A stretch of DNA of 58,329 nt, the filler included, from Platydemus manokwari (taxonomy: Eukaryota), in the NCBI GenBank assembly GCA_037951405.1. It is 4 parts of 4 records of this genome, joined end to end, with 100 filler letters (N's around TTAATTAATTAA, not from the genome) between each part and the next. Parts side by side here need not be neighbours in the genome. Positions count along the whole stretch, not along the records: positions 1 to 12,371 come from JBBMOY010167788.1; positions 12,472 to 26,311 come from JBBMOY011600297.1; 2 more parts are not named here. One strand, 5' to 3'. The notes beneath the pieces are model-generated. The model made no database searches. It was not told the origin of the DNA and worked only from the letters and a program-made list of their open reading frames with translations. The position numbers and the translations under genes are program-made. Position 1 is the stretch's first letter; each line of letters opens with the position of its first letter. This document shows, piece by piece, positions 1-13,852 of this stretch.

Positions 1-53
1 CTCTAATAACTGTTTCTTCTGCTGGTTCCTTGTTATTGCGTTGATTTGTATGG

Positions 54-64
54 CGTGGTCGCCA
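54..64 (-). mobile_element. Possible LTR-retrotransposon primer-binding site (tRNA-Arg type), internal region running off the left edge
   Basis: Minus strand reads TTAAC-TGGCGACCACG, resembling TGGCGACC PBS sequences of Gypsy elements. Short match only. Confidence 0.3.
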
Positions 65-304
65 GTTAAGTTAAAAGGACATTCCGTCATAATATTTATT
101 TGAAAAATTACACTCAAGCCCAAATCAATAATTTAAACAAACACCATGTGTTTATTTATTTAATCACGTTACTTTATCAATGAGAAATTAATCTAATTTT
201 AGTCGTAATACGACCAGAAAATTTGAAATGAATTAATTTTCCAAGGTAATATTATTATAGTTAAAAACAATCTTAGATATCATTCTGGTTGCTTCTAATA
301 TTAA

Positions 305-565
305 AAGAAGGGGCCTTCGATAATTTTGAATTAATTGCATTTTGACCTACTTTGAACCGTTTTTCAAATAATTAATTTTTAGTATATTTTAAAAATTATA
401 GGCGCATATTATTTGATTCTAAATAACTAAATATTAGTCAAATACTTATATAAAAATTCAAAATAATACTAAAGAATTTAATTTAATAATCTATATAGAT
501 TTTTGCAATACACTAAACAATTTTAAAATTTAATTTGAGGAGCCTATTTTTTAACTTAAGCCCCT
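305..565 (+). repeat. Dispersed ~260-bp repeat, family A copy 1 (MITE-like)
   Basis: Aligns by eye with 4362-4620, e.g. ttttcaaataattaatttttagtatattttaaa vs ttttcaaataattattttttagtagattttaaa. Confidence 0.65.
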
Positions 566-1487
566 GTTTCTTTTATGCCTTTGAAATAGAACCGAAAAAT
601 TGTATTGGCATACGATTTGTATTACTTGAAATCAAATAGGCTATCGCAAGCATTTTACAGAAATTCGAAATTGTTCCTTGTACAGAAACACTGATAATAA
701 TGTTTAAGGATTATTTAAACTAGATATTTATTTAAATTTAGGATAAACTTCTGTTTAAGAAAACCAGGCCCACTGCTCCTAGGAAACCAATTCTATTAGA
801 GTTGAAAAGAAGAGAGTGATAAAAATTAATTATTTAAAATATTTACAACTTTCATTAAACTCAGGCTATATTTTAAATATTTTCAACGATATTGACCTAT
901 TTTCTGTGTGACTGTACAGTTTTTTTCTTCTGATTTTAAATATTGCTGATAGAGCAATTTTGAACTCAGTATTTTTAAGTTGCTTTATTAATTATTCTCC
1001 TTTTATTGAACTCCGTTCTAGTAAGTAGTATTGAAACCAGATATTAAGACAATTGAATTAATAAGAAATCTAAGAAACTAAATTGCAGTGGTATTCAATA
1101 ACGAATTTGGTTTCTGAAATCTAACAACTTTTATAACTAAAAGGTATGAGAAAGGAAAATATCTTTTGAGAGACAGTACTTTAAAAATCGTTGATTTAAG
1201 CAATTATGTACATATATTAACATACGATTTTGAAGTTCTTTTCGTCTGATTGTACTGTATATTTATCCGCATTTAAATATCAGGAATTGTGTAATATCGA
1301 ATTAAAATATATTTTGAAATTCATCATGATCAATTTCTATAAAATATTTTATAAAGTAAGAGACAGAATATAAAAGTAAAAATCATTAATATTTATTAAA
1401 CTAATTAGAGCTTTTCCTAATCGATTAAAATATATTTGACATTTCATGTAAAGTTAAAATAAATCAATTATAATTTTTGCCAAAATG

Positions 1488-1883
1488 TCATCTTTTTTCT
1501 AATCTTATTAGTATTGGTTTCTTCGATTTAAGCACTCCAAATGAGTCACAAGTGATTTGTTGCTGAAATTAATTGATTAATTAAAATATATTTATAGAAA
1601 AATTTTTGAAAAATTTACCAATGTTTGATCACATGACACAATTTTAAAATTCCTCAACAAGTGAATCAAAGCAAATTTTGCTTCCAATAATGCGAATCTC
1701 ATACCAACGCAATTCCGTGAACCCATTCCAAACGGAAGAAAGGAAAATGCGTTTTGCTGTTGTTTTTTGCTTGGATCGAATCTTAAATATGAAAAAGATT
1801 AATTTTTGAATAAAATTAAATCTTCAATTATAACAAATAAAATATAATATTAACAATAACAACAATAAGAATAGCAAAAATAA

Positions 1884-1919
<36 letters not shown>

Positions 1920-4900
1920 AAAAAAATAATAATCAATACATACCTATGTATATCGAATGTTTCAGGATTTGACCAAATCCTTTCATCGTGATGTATAGCA
2001 TATACTGGTATGATGAATTCCATTCCCTTCCTAATATTAATCACTTGACCAGTAGATGAAGTCAACGTCGTATCCTTGGCACACATTCTCTGAATCCTTG
2101 TAGCTGGTGGAGAAATTCGCAATGTTTCATTTATACATTGATCTACCAAATGAATATCTTCTAACATATCATATGTGATTTCTTTCTGAATTAATTTAAA
2201 TATTAGAAACTTAAAACTTAAATTTCAAATACAGTAATTAACACATTTATATATCCAATCATGATATGTACTTGCTGCATGATTTGATAACAAAAGAGTC
2301 CAGTTGCAAATGTAGATCGCTATTCTGACCTACATGCATCTAAGACCCTTTGCCTTCCTCGATAAATATTTATTATTATTTTCAGACATTCTTATCGTCA
2401 ATTTTATTTAATTGCAATTTTTATTTTGACAGTTCAGTTTAAAAAATCAAATTATAATAATAACTAAAAACAACCTTATATGCATATTTTTATAAAATAA
2501 AATAATTGCATCACGTTTTCAAATTAATAAAAATATATTGTCATCAACCAATATTAAATTCACAAATTTACTTCAAAAGGAAAATTTTTCTTGATTTCAT
2601 TATAAACTTCATCTTGAGCAGAAGGGTTCAATGATAAATGAAACATACTATATGTCAATAATGTTGCTGTAGTTTCAAAACCGGCAAATAAGAATGCTAT
2701 ACTTTGAGCCAAAATTTCATCGTCAGATAGACCTTTATATTTAACTGGTTCAGACTTCTTTTTGTTGTCAGGGTTATTTTCACATATTTCTTCATTTGCT
2801 TTCAACATGATTGCCAGAAAATCGTTGTATGTCTAAAAATGTAAAATTATTTTCCTTGAAATGTCGAAATAAATAATCTATATTTGATTTATGTTTTTAT
2901 TTAATAAATACCGATCATTATGTATGATATTGTATCATATGAACGGTTGCATTTAGAACACAATCCTTATTTCATGAGCTAATATTTGATTTGTTAATTA
3001 TTATAAAATCATTTGAAGTTTTTGTTAAGTGTATCGTATATCCCACTGGCAATTGAAATATTTATTATTTCTAATAAATTTGTTTTATTAATAGTAAGCT
3101 GTAGAGTAGTATATTTATGAATACAACTCGCGAATTTAAGAGCAAATCAAAGAATTAAGTAAGAACTAATAAACCTAGTAATCATATATAATATATAACC
3201 TCTTTCGATTCTCTTCGACATTGAATAGCTTTAGTAACAGAATTTTTCATATATGTTTCAGAATCTTGAGAAAGAATGTTATCCGAAAACAAGCTAACAA
3301 TTTTGGGGAAAATGCCTTAATAAAATTGTAAAATAAATTATCATTAAAATTTTTTAATTCCAGCTTATTTATTAATAATATTAAGCCATCTAACTACTTA
3401 AATTTCAATGGAAATACATCGTTTAAATTAATGGAGTTGTTTTAAAATTGAATAATTTAAAAAATTATAACTCAAAATATAAAACTGCAGAGCATTTTCA
3501 GAAAATTTACCTTAAGTTAAGAAAGTAGGGTCCTTTGACCCAATTTTAATGTAATGGATTTTCGTGCATTATTTAATATTACAATTTATTTGTAATCATA
3601 TTTCAATGAAATTTTTACTTAAAATGCAATTTAGCATTAAGAAGAAAAAACACCAACAACAATTTGTAAGTATTATGAATCCTGGTTTTATCCGCACCAA
3701 ATTAAATTAAAAGTGTCATTTTAAATTTAAAATTTCTGTTTCCATTGTGATTATTGCTTTTAATGTCTTTTCATTTTAGTTGAGAGTGAGAATTTAGAAA
3801 CAATGTCAACATTTCAAATACCATGTCCTCGACGTCCTTGATTATATTAGGCCCATACAAAATAGGCCTCATTTATTTCCACTACGATATTTCAACCTAT
3901 AATTATTTTTCTATGCCGTGCTACATCATAGGCGTAAAATCTGCAAATTTTGTATCCTAATAAATAATTTTAAATTCTTCGTTTTATTTTGATAAATTTT
4001 TTTTCCATTTCGTAATTATTGGTTTGCTAACACAGTTTATGTGTAGCCTCCATGCACCACGAATAACTTATATTCAAAATATCTATTAGGGGCAAGATCG
4101 AATTGTTGAAACAAGCTCCTATTCGAATCCGAAACCTATACATTTGTGGCATCTCCAAATGTACAATTTGTTTGATTTGGATGAAATCCTCATTAAATTA
4201 CAGTATCGATAAGTTCTTGATTTATGTTATAATTTATTAAATAAACATTAATATACTCATTATGATTTAAAACAAAGGTACCTAGTTCCTATAACTTTCA
4301 AATAATTTCTTTATAAATTAACTCTGAAAATCTTGAATATCGTTCTATTTGTTTCTAATGGTAAAAGAGGGATCCCCGCTAATTTGCAATGAATAACGTT
4401 TTGACTACTTTAATAAGTTTTTCAAATAATTATTTTTTAGTAGATTTTAAAGCTCTAGTGTATCTAATATTTGATTTGAATCAACTAAAAATCTTCCTTA
4501 TCAGTTAAATTAAAACTTCAAAATGTTTTTAAAGAACAGAATTATATAAACTATACAGACTTTTCAGACACATGGCAAATTAAAAATTTTATTTCAGGAC
4601 TTCTTTTTTTAACCTTAACCGAAAATTTTATTACGTGAAGTACTTCTCAAATATCAAATAATTGAATTACAAATCAAATATGATTTTGCTCATTGTTATT
4701 TTTCTAAATTTAGTTTTATTAAAATATCAATAAAACCTAGCAGTTATACAACTACAAAATCTATTAATTATTATTTTAGTTAGAATGAATTAAGATTTAT
4801 AATTTTATCTGCTTGAAATTTAATTATGAATACATTATAATTGGATAATTTAAAATAAAATTAATTGGTAGAAGATTATTACTTAAGAGTATGAATGAAG

Positions 4901-7900
4901 TATTTGAAATAGGTCTGGAGAATAACTTTTGTAAATGTTTAATGAATGGATGGGTGGTGTTATTTGATACATTAATATCTATACCGAACATTGTTTTTGA
5001 AATGACATCCATTGTATATGAATTGAATAATCTGAAAAATAAGATCATGACATTGAAATTATAAATATTAATAATACAAACATTTTTCATCAGATTTTAT
5101 GTTCGAATCATATAATATTGCTTTTATATTTAACTATTCTTTAGATATTATTGAATGTATTTTATTTGGTAATGGAAAAAAATCGTTTACTTAACTATTT
5201 CAAATCAAACTATTTTCTTTATTAACAGAACTTAATGAAGCATGTTTAAGTAAATTTAAACTTTAGGATAAATTAGGTCTTATAGTCATGCAACTTCTTC
5301 AAATGTTTTTGAACAAATAGAAAAAAAAACAACTTTTTTAAAGTAGTAATCATAACGCCATTTTAGCGTCAAAATTCTCAAACAATATTACACGAATGCC
5401 AGTTTCTGATTTATTTTTATATTATTTTGAGAGTATTTCTGTATATATAAAGATTTATTTATACAACAATTTTTTAATGACATAAGTCAGACACTGTCTG
5501 ACACCTTCATCACTAAGTGGCAGGGCATATTATCACAGCTCGCTTTTTAATCCTCAGCATGCTTTCCTTTTCTCGTCATTGTTCATCTAAGTTCTTTGAT
5601 AATTTCTTCATTCTCAGAATCTGGAAATTCGTCGTCAGAGATGTTATCGTTCTGATCCGATTCGGTCCTGTGCTTTGAATAGAAAGTGGCTTTCTTTGGT
5701 GAAATTGTCACTGTTGGTATGCAGAGTTGATGTTGGACCTGATGCACTCATATCTTATCTTTTCAGTAGTACGGTTTCATTTTTTGATGCCCATGTCCCC
5801 AGTACTCCGATCACATAGGTATGAAGTTCAACCGTCCAACTTGGTTTGGCTTCCTTCACCTCTTTCCGCAGATTTTCGTATTTTTGTAGGTTGGCTTCAT
5901 CCGCGTTGTTCATTAGTCGCGGTTCATCCATGGGGCATTTGATGTCAACTAGATAGATATAGCTCGTCCTAGTATTACTCACCTGCAAATCCACCCTCAG
6001 TTTTGATCCGGTAAATTGGCATGATTTTTCTACTTGCACGTCATTTTGAGTAAAGTTAATGATATATTTGGCCAAAATTTCCATTATTTTAGTATGTCGA
6101 TTGAGGATATATGAATGTGACACATTACACTTAGTGAAAACATGTGTCTGGGATTCTACTTCATACAAGCATTTTCGCCATTGTTGACTCAGCATGAACT
6201 TCTAGTTGAGAGTTGCCAGTGTGTCACATTGTGCTTAGTGTACAAAGGTAAACCCATCTATTGAAAGTCCTCCGTTATACATAATTTTTTTCCATGTTGG
6301 AGTAATTTCCGGCAATACCTTTGTATATCTGCCACATCGAATTTGCTTGGCCCAGTGAAGTTGATAACTTCTGTTGAAGCATTGTCGGAATAGTTTTGGC
6401 AGTTTTTTCCGGTTATTTTGGCCCAATAATTCTTCTTTTGATATACGTCCGTCTTCTGTGCTGACGCATTGGTAGATTTTGACACCAACTTCTCAGTCGA
6501 TGATTTGGAAGTTGACTGTAGTGAACATTTTGACTTGTGCATATCTGATGGACTCACGAACTTTGTCCCACCACGAGCGCTTCTTTTCTCATATCCCTGG
6601 GTGGGAATTTAACCAGTTTAATGATTCCAGGAAGTTTTGAGCAGATGCCTTCTGATAATTTTTTGTTTACTGTTTAAAATTGCTAGCCCATTTGATATTG
6701 ATTGGATTGTGAATTCCGCTATTGTGCTTTGCAATCCACTGCCACCGCTTGATTTCGTCGAGTATTAGAAGTACTTTGAGAAACATTTTAATACACCGAT
6801 TATCTTTTACAATATTTTCCGCAATTGGGTGTCCAACCTCTCCAGCTTAGTATATGTAACATAGTAAGTCCTGGCGAAAAAGGTCACTTTGCTACGAACA
6901 AACATACTATAGGCATGATATTTTTGCCATGGTAGCAGAATACAGTCGGTGAGTTTTTCTGATAAGGCTTTTAGTTCATATTCAAGACTCTGGACTGAAT
7001 TATACAGATTTAGGGTAAAGTTAACCCCTAAATATCTGTAATGTTCTTCTAATTGCATTTACTGTATTTGCTGGCCATTGATATGAAGGCTATTAGTTGG
7101 TTGTTTCGATTTCATGTTCCACACGTGACCACATTGGTTGGTTTGAATTTTATGCTCAATTAGTCAACGATTGGCAAAGAATGGTTAATTAACATTTGGC
7201 ATTCTTCTATACTAGTACAGATAATGACAATATCATCAGCATAGGCTAGTGATGTGATTCTTTGACTTGCTAGCATGATTCCACAATTTTTTGAGTGTTC
7301 CATTTGGATTAATACTAGGTTTATGGCAATATTGAAAAGAAGCATTGAGAAAGGGCAATCCTGCTTAACGCCTCTTCTAATGCTTATGAAACCGGTAGTA
7401 TAGTTCTCGCACTGAAACGCTGTTTGACAATTGTCGCAGAGACTTTTGATGATCTAAATTGATGTTGCGTTGAAACCCATCTTCTTGAAAATAATGAATA
7501 GCACCGCATTAGTGACTGATGGAAAAACTTCCTCAATGCCAAGAAAGTAAAAATGAATATTGCTTTTGTCATCTCGTATAGTTTCTCTATAGCAGCTCTA
7601 AGAACTAAATTATGTTCGCTGCAATCATCAGTTGGCATAGCTTGAACGATTATCTTTTGACTTAGATCTCAGTCTTGATTTTTGCTGTTCAGGGTTTGGT
7701 AGATGCTAGTTCAGGTGACCATTTAGGCCTTTAATTAGGTCTCTGGTCAATTCCCTCTCATTTTCTTGCCCATTATTGAAGTTTTCAAGATTTCAAAAAT
7801 TTTGTGCTCTCGTATCACGTTTTTCAGACCTCAGATCAAGTTTATATGAGTAATCTTGGGGACTGGAGGTAAAAAACCTGTTATCCTCACCGGAGAACTC

Positions 7901-10900
7901 TTTTTCTCTGTACAATCGTCGTGATTGGCTCACCTGTCCCGAATAGTTTGGTTTTTCGCGCCAGGTAAGCTCAGATTTTCCATCCAGAAAAGAATCAGGA
8001 TTTTGAGAAAATCGAGTGTTTAAGTGTCTCCTGGAACTGCAGGCATTAGGCCTGTTATCCTGTTGAGCATACTCATATTGGAAATCTCTCAGTGAGTAGA
8101 TTAAGTCGTTAATCAATTGCAAAAGCATAATATAATGTAATCTTCAGTTACTTTCAATATCGCGTGGACTCGATTCAAACAAAAATTTTTGACAAACAGA
8201 ATGTGTTAAATATTTGTAAAGAATATGAAAAACAAATCAGTTAATAATGAAATATCTTATCAAGCGATTACAATGTCAGTTTTACATTTTAAATATTATC
8301 GAAAGGCTTAGTAAATGAATAATTAATCTTCAAGTAGTTACAATACTTTAAAAGGTTGTTGTAGATTATATGAAATGGTGTGCCAGATTTTAATAAACTA
8401 TTTCATTGAAAACCGTGCTTTTTTTCTACAAGTATATTTTAGGTATCGAAAGTTGTAGTTTTTATTTTGACTTTAGTACTGTTTGGTTTAAATTGATATA
8501 TTTAAACAAATAGAAAATAAATGCAATAAAAAAATTGAGTGTTAATATTTATTTATTATTTCAAAATTGTAAACTTTGAGTGGTTCATAATTATTAAAAA
8601 TTTTTAATTCATGTTTTCAAATATTTTTTTACTTATACTAATATTTGACTAATTTAAAATGGTATTTCGTTTTAGCTTATTATTTTAGTAATTATTCTCG
8701 AATTTTAAGGAGTTGTAATGCCATTTTTAATACATTGACTTTTTGTGTCAAGCGTGCCATTCGAGTTTTGGGCAGATATTAAATTAAAATTTTGAACTTT
8801 ACTTAAAAATGATTAAATAAAAAAACAAACAAACTCTCTGATATCAAAATCTAAATTTTCTAATTTCTTTAATCGGTTCACCATGTCATCTGTGCTTGAA
8901 ATAATCATCGGTGACATCTGTAAATGAACATTATAATTTAGAATGTTATTATTTTCAAATCAATTAACTTTTTTCAATTTTCCTGAAGTAAATGTTGGAC
9001 TAACTAAAGTTCGAACTCTTTCCCAATCTTTTCCATTAAGCTGCCCCACATTAAATTTCAGTAATTTTGAAAATCCAATATCCTTAGAAATTAATATCTT
9101 AATTAATACCCTTTCATTTGTTGAAAATTATTTCCTTTATATGTATTAGTGACTTAATTAATCGTCAATAAATAAATCAATGAACATGAAAACTATTTAA
9201 TTTCTAGAGATGATAATTTTTAATAAAATTAATGAAATAAATACTTACAGGTCTGTCAATAAATGATTTCGAGTCTTTAACAAATATTTGTTTCAACATA
9301 GCATCATCGGAAACAACCAGTACTGGTTTTCGTCCAACATAAACCCTAAATAAAATTAAAAGACAACTGTATAAAACATATTTAAGAAAATGAATTATAA
9401 ATAGTAATATGATTCCATATAATTATCGATTTAAATCACAAAAGTATGAAAACTTGAACCAGCTTAAACTTTTTTATTCTCTCAAATTATAACTATCAGT
9501 TTTATTTACTCTAAATATTTTTAATAATTTTTAAATAATCTTTTCTGAAAAATCAACCTCAATAAACGAAGTTAGGTGATTTGTTAAATGAAAATTGGAA
9601 AATTTCCTAAATTTTGGCATAATTAAATTATGCGGGTTACTGTAAAATTAATAGCATATGTGGGATATAATCTATTATTTTATATTGTTGACGTGCTGAA
9701 GAATCAAAAGTTGCTAATAAGTACGATAAAAACACCTTTCAAAAACTGCTTAAAATTTTGGAAGAACAAATATATTCTAAAATTTGGTTTCAACTGGAAG
9801 TTGGACATCTTTTCATCTGCATGTATACATGAGATTTGTGCGTTATTTTGTATCACCTTTGTTTTTTAATTTGACCTTTAATTTTTCAAGTTTCTATTGG
9901 ACTTGTTCATTTTTGAAAAGTTGGAATTGATAATTTCCTATGTATGTGTTGCCAAGTGGCCATGTCCCTTTTCCATTTAAGTTAGGCGTGATTGGATCAT
10001 TTCCATGCTAACATAATTACATAAGCATGTAAATACTTAAAGAGCTAAAACAAAGGTTCCAAGGTGCAAAATCATGTTTTTATTTTATAAAATTTCATCT
10101 TTACTCAACAATATTAATAAGCAAATTCATTAAATATAAGATTATCATCTCGCTATATATGAATGTAACATCGAAATTTGACAAGGTAACAAAATTTTTA
10201 CATACTGTAGACAATAATCGACATTATTTTGGCCACTCTTAGTACAAATGATTCTATTAATTAGGGTACAGTTTGTAATACTTGTTTGATAATGTCTCGA
10301 GAGATCAATCTGATTATTTATTTTGATTTCATATAGAGCTCTCAATCATAATAATAGTTTTTCCTCAGATTATAGCTACTATAGGATTGAAACGAAAGTT
10401 ATGTTCGATATAAAATAATATTTATTTAAACAATAAAGAAAGTATGTAAATTGAGAAATTTAAATGAAATATTATTCGACCAATGGTCCCTGACTTCTCT
10501 CTTCATCACCAACGACAAAATTACCAACAGTGAATTTGACAATTATTCGCTGGCAATTGCTCTTAGACATCTAATCTTCTTCTCAATTGCTGTCGCATTC
10601 ATTCCATCTTCCCATAAAAAATATTTCACCTCTTTAAAGTTGTTTCGCTTAAATTCCATCATATGCCACAAATTAATATTTTTTAAATGATAGCTATCTG
10701 AAACAATTATTTAATAATAAGATAGAAATTAAACATTTTAAAAAGGATTTAATAATGTATTTAAATTAAATATTTCTTCATAAAATGTTGAAATTATTGA
10801 GATTTACAGACGATTGATGTTTTGTTTATATTTCCAATTTACATATTTCCTTTATTGGATAAATAAATATTATTTTCTCTCCATTAAGACTTTCGTTCCA

Positions 10901-11254
10901 ATCCTAAATAATACTTTTAAGATAGAATTATACAAAACAGTATTATGTATAAAAGAAGAATTATATCAAACAATAATTACGGATATATGTGGCCATATTT
11001 CTTCTGATATTTCATATCACAATTATGAAATCCATATTTGATATAATCAAATAAATTTCCAAATAATGGCCATGGTTTTGGTCCTTTTAGTCCAAGATTT
11101 TTTCCAAAATCAAAAGTCCAAGACATCCATCTAAATGAGATTGTGGTTTATTATTGATTAAAGACATCAGGAATTACTTGTAAATGATGAAGAATAAAAT
11201 AAAAAACAAGGTTGTGCAATAAGCTAACGATGATGTTAAGTAAGAGAAAATCAT
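1488..11254 (-). CDS. Cytochrome P450, clan 3 (CYP3A/CYP6-like), complete, 11 exons, ~508 aa
   Basis: Hand-spliced GT-AG exons in consistent phase: 11254-11178, 11130-10981, 9345-9249, 9082-8969, 8917-8835, 5031-4883, 3315-3200, 2832-2572, 2185-1944, 1781-1619, 1562-1488 (1527 nt). Motifs: N-terminal TM anchor, GPKPWPLFGN, C-helix WERVRTLVSPTFTSGKLK, I-helix AGFETT, ETLR, heme motif FGMGSRNCVG. Confidence 0.95.
1850..1932. repeat. (AAT)n/(AAC)n microsatellite in CYP intron
   Basis: Direct reading of the aat/aac run. Explains the poly-Leu tail of ORF 1850..2167. Confidence 0.85.
4000..4132 (+). repeat. Dispersed repeat family B copy 1
   Basis: gcaccacgaataacttatattc...gatcgaattgttgaaacaagctcc matches the reverse complement of 32640-32790 (gcaccacaaataacttatattc...ggtcgaattgttgaaacaagttcc). 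Confidence 0.7.
4362..4620 (+). repeat. Dispersed repeat family A copy 2
   Basis: Colinear similarity to 305-565. Confidence 0.65.
5450..8150 (-). mobile_element. Degenerate non-LTR retrotransposon, RLE superfamily (NeSL/Utopia-like), in CYP intron 5
   Basis: RT motifs CSEHNLVL, RRGVKQDCPFSMLLFN, LAYADD, YRYLG and LLPWQK. Decayed zinc knuckle (W)RKCx6QTHVFTKC followed by RH. RLE motifs LRVDL...LVDIKCP...NLQKY...GVLGTW. Several frameshifts and stops, and an apparent internal deletion near 7640. AATAAA on the minus strand at 5454-5459. Ends approximate. Confidence 0.88.
10470..10662 (-). mobile_element. Mariner (Mos1-like) transposase N-terminal HTH remnant
   Basis: Minus strand MEFKRNNFKEVKYFLWEDGMNATAIEKKI ... 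KFTVGNFVVGDEERSQGP resembles mariner F..G.f.l.De.RsGRP. Frameshifted. Confidence 0.5.
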
Positions 11255-12371
11255 TTCGATTGACAACTGTGCTTTCGTTCTGATTCTCTAATATATATTT
11301 TCAACAAATTAAAACAAATTGATCAATCAAAAACTATTGGATTCTATAATAAAAAATATTTGATGTAAACAACCAACAGTTATCCTATGTGATAAAATAT
11401 CTGAAATTGAAACGTATCTCATAAATATTTATTTTATATTTTCCATCGACATCATTTGTACTGGTCTACTTACAATGATTCTTAATCTGAAGTTGTTATA
11501 CAATATTCGATATTACCTTAATATTTAATTAGACAACCATTCGTACCCAAACATAAGTATCGAAATGGGTGCTATGTATATATTGTCAAAACAGAAGAAT
11601 TATGACTTCGGAAATTTGGATAAGGCCGGGTAAAATGAAAAGTAAAACTGTTAAGATGAAACAAACACACGAAAAATAGCCATTTTAAATATCGACTCTT
11701 CATTCTAATATCGCATATTCATTACACATTCTTTTGGTTGCTAAGCCCACTTTTGCGATTTGTTTTATTATCGTTACTTTGATTCTACTTATTTTGACAA
11801 TGTGATTTGATAATAAAAATAATAATAATAATCTTCTTAATAATAAAAATTAGTTTTATAATTGTTAATTAATAAATATAATTCTTATTTTAACGTCATA
11901 AACTTGTAATTTATTTATTCATTAGACAAAACCATAGAACGTTTTATAATGTCATCTGATTCATGAAAAAAATCAATTCATAAGCTGTGCTGGTATGATA
12001 TATAATTGGATAATATTTTCGAATGTTGGAAAACAAGAAATGTAACGATATCATATTATTTTACAAAACATTTTAATGAATTATAATTATATTAACAAAA
12101 AGATGAAAAAACTTTCAGATTTATCTTAATTTTTATGAAAAAAAACTGTTGGGAAATTTTTACTTAAATATCGGTGGATAGGCTCAACATAAACTTCTTT
12201 AAAATCAACAACGCACAATATATTAAAATATCACATAATTTCACAAGCTGGTAATTGATAAAAATTATTTTCGTTGATTTTTATAATAATACCTACCCAA
12301 TTGAGTCGACAAAATATTAAATAAATGTTAACATTTTTGCAATCAATCTGTAAATCATATATTTACTGTCT

Positions 12372-12471
12372 NNNNNNNNNNNNNNNNNNNNNNNNNNNNN
12401 NNNNNNNNNNNNNNNTTAATTAATTAANNNNNNNNNNNNNNNNNNNNNNNNNNNNNNNNNNNNNNNNNNNN
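12372..12471. other. Artificial contig spacer (44N + TTAATTAATTAA + 44N)
   Basis: Exactly 100 nt. The palindromic 12-mer gives stops in all six frames. Identical to the spacers at 26312 and 45123. Confidence 0.95.
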
Positions 12472-13852
12472 CATTAAAAATTCTGATACTAAATAAAAAT
12501 CAAATATATTTCATCATTATCATTTGATAAGTTTAATTATAATGCATACTTTAATATATTTAAATTTAGCGTAGATTTCAAATAGATATTTTTAAAATTA
12601 TTTATAGAATGAAGATTAATCAATTCGTGATTTCAATATAGAAATATTAGACAAAATTATCATTAATTCACAAAAAAACGTATTAAGTTTGGTATACATT
12701 CACATGACTTTAATTAGTGGTTTTCATCTACACTGAGTTTTGGTGTTCTGTTCATGAAAGAAAATTTCTGTAGTAAAACAACAATAACCAATAACATTCT
12801 ATCAAAATATGAAATGTCAAAGTATTGATAAATAAAATTAAGTTTCAATATTGTTAAATTTATCAACAATAAACCGAAATTGTACAGAAAATCAAATCAC
12901 AAAATGTTTTACTTGAAATATACGAAAAACGAATTTAATAAAATAATTCTTTATGATAGCAATAATAATAATAATGAACAAATACAAAAAAATGATCCTA
13001 ATTAACATCCGTAATATCATTTATTGAATATTTGTTTTCACAAAAACATTTAGCGCAATCCAAACATAGATTTGATACACCAACAGTAGATATATATAGA
13101 GATAATTGGCTTACATAATGGGAACACGGTTCGAAAATACAAATAAATCACAAAAATAGAAAAATATGGGACATTCATAAAATAAATCCAGAGTCATTAT
13201 ATTCAGTCTATTGGTTGCATTAATATTCAGTTACAAAGGTCACGCGATAACTGTTTGGTATTATCAAATAGTGTTGGAACTAAATAAATATGATTATGTA
13301 TAAATTTATATCATAATAACCAGGAAATCCAATACAGTAAAATAATAAAGAAGAAATAACAATCATCATCATCATTATCATCGCCATCGGCATCGACAAC
13401 ATCATGATCCTGATCATCATCATTAATATAGGCTATCAAAAATGAATGACCATAACCATTACCATCAGAGGAATGTGTGTACATTTTGTCAATAAAATTA
13501 TTGGATTATTTTTCTGTTGCATTGTTGAGTAGTGGAGAAATAGAGAAAGCGATCAATAAAGCTCTTGTAACACGTAATAGATACACATTAAAATATATAT
13601 ATGTATATTGATAATCGCACACAATTCTATTATATGTACATAGAATCCGACAGAGAGAGATAGAAATGATGACAATAATATTCGTAGCAATAATAAACAA
13701 AAAATCAAAGTCATTTTTACAATATCTTTATATATAAATATGGCTCTAGTGTAAGTAATGAGATTGTTGCTGTGATTGATTAAAGTCCATCACTCTAAGA
13801 CAAGGGATCACAGGACTAGCGGCACAGTTATCATTTTATTATACTGGTGGCG

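Noticed and set aside
5440-5465. The minus-strand 3' flank of the RLE element (ATAAATCTTTATAT) loosely resembles the end of the planarian spliced-leader exon as I recall it
   Set aside because: Short AT-only match. No 5' half of the SL, no ATG|GT and no Sm site. Expected by chance.
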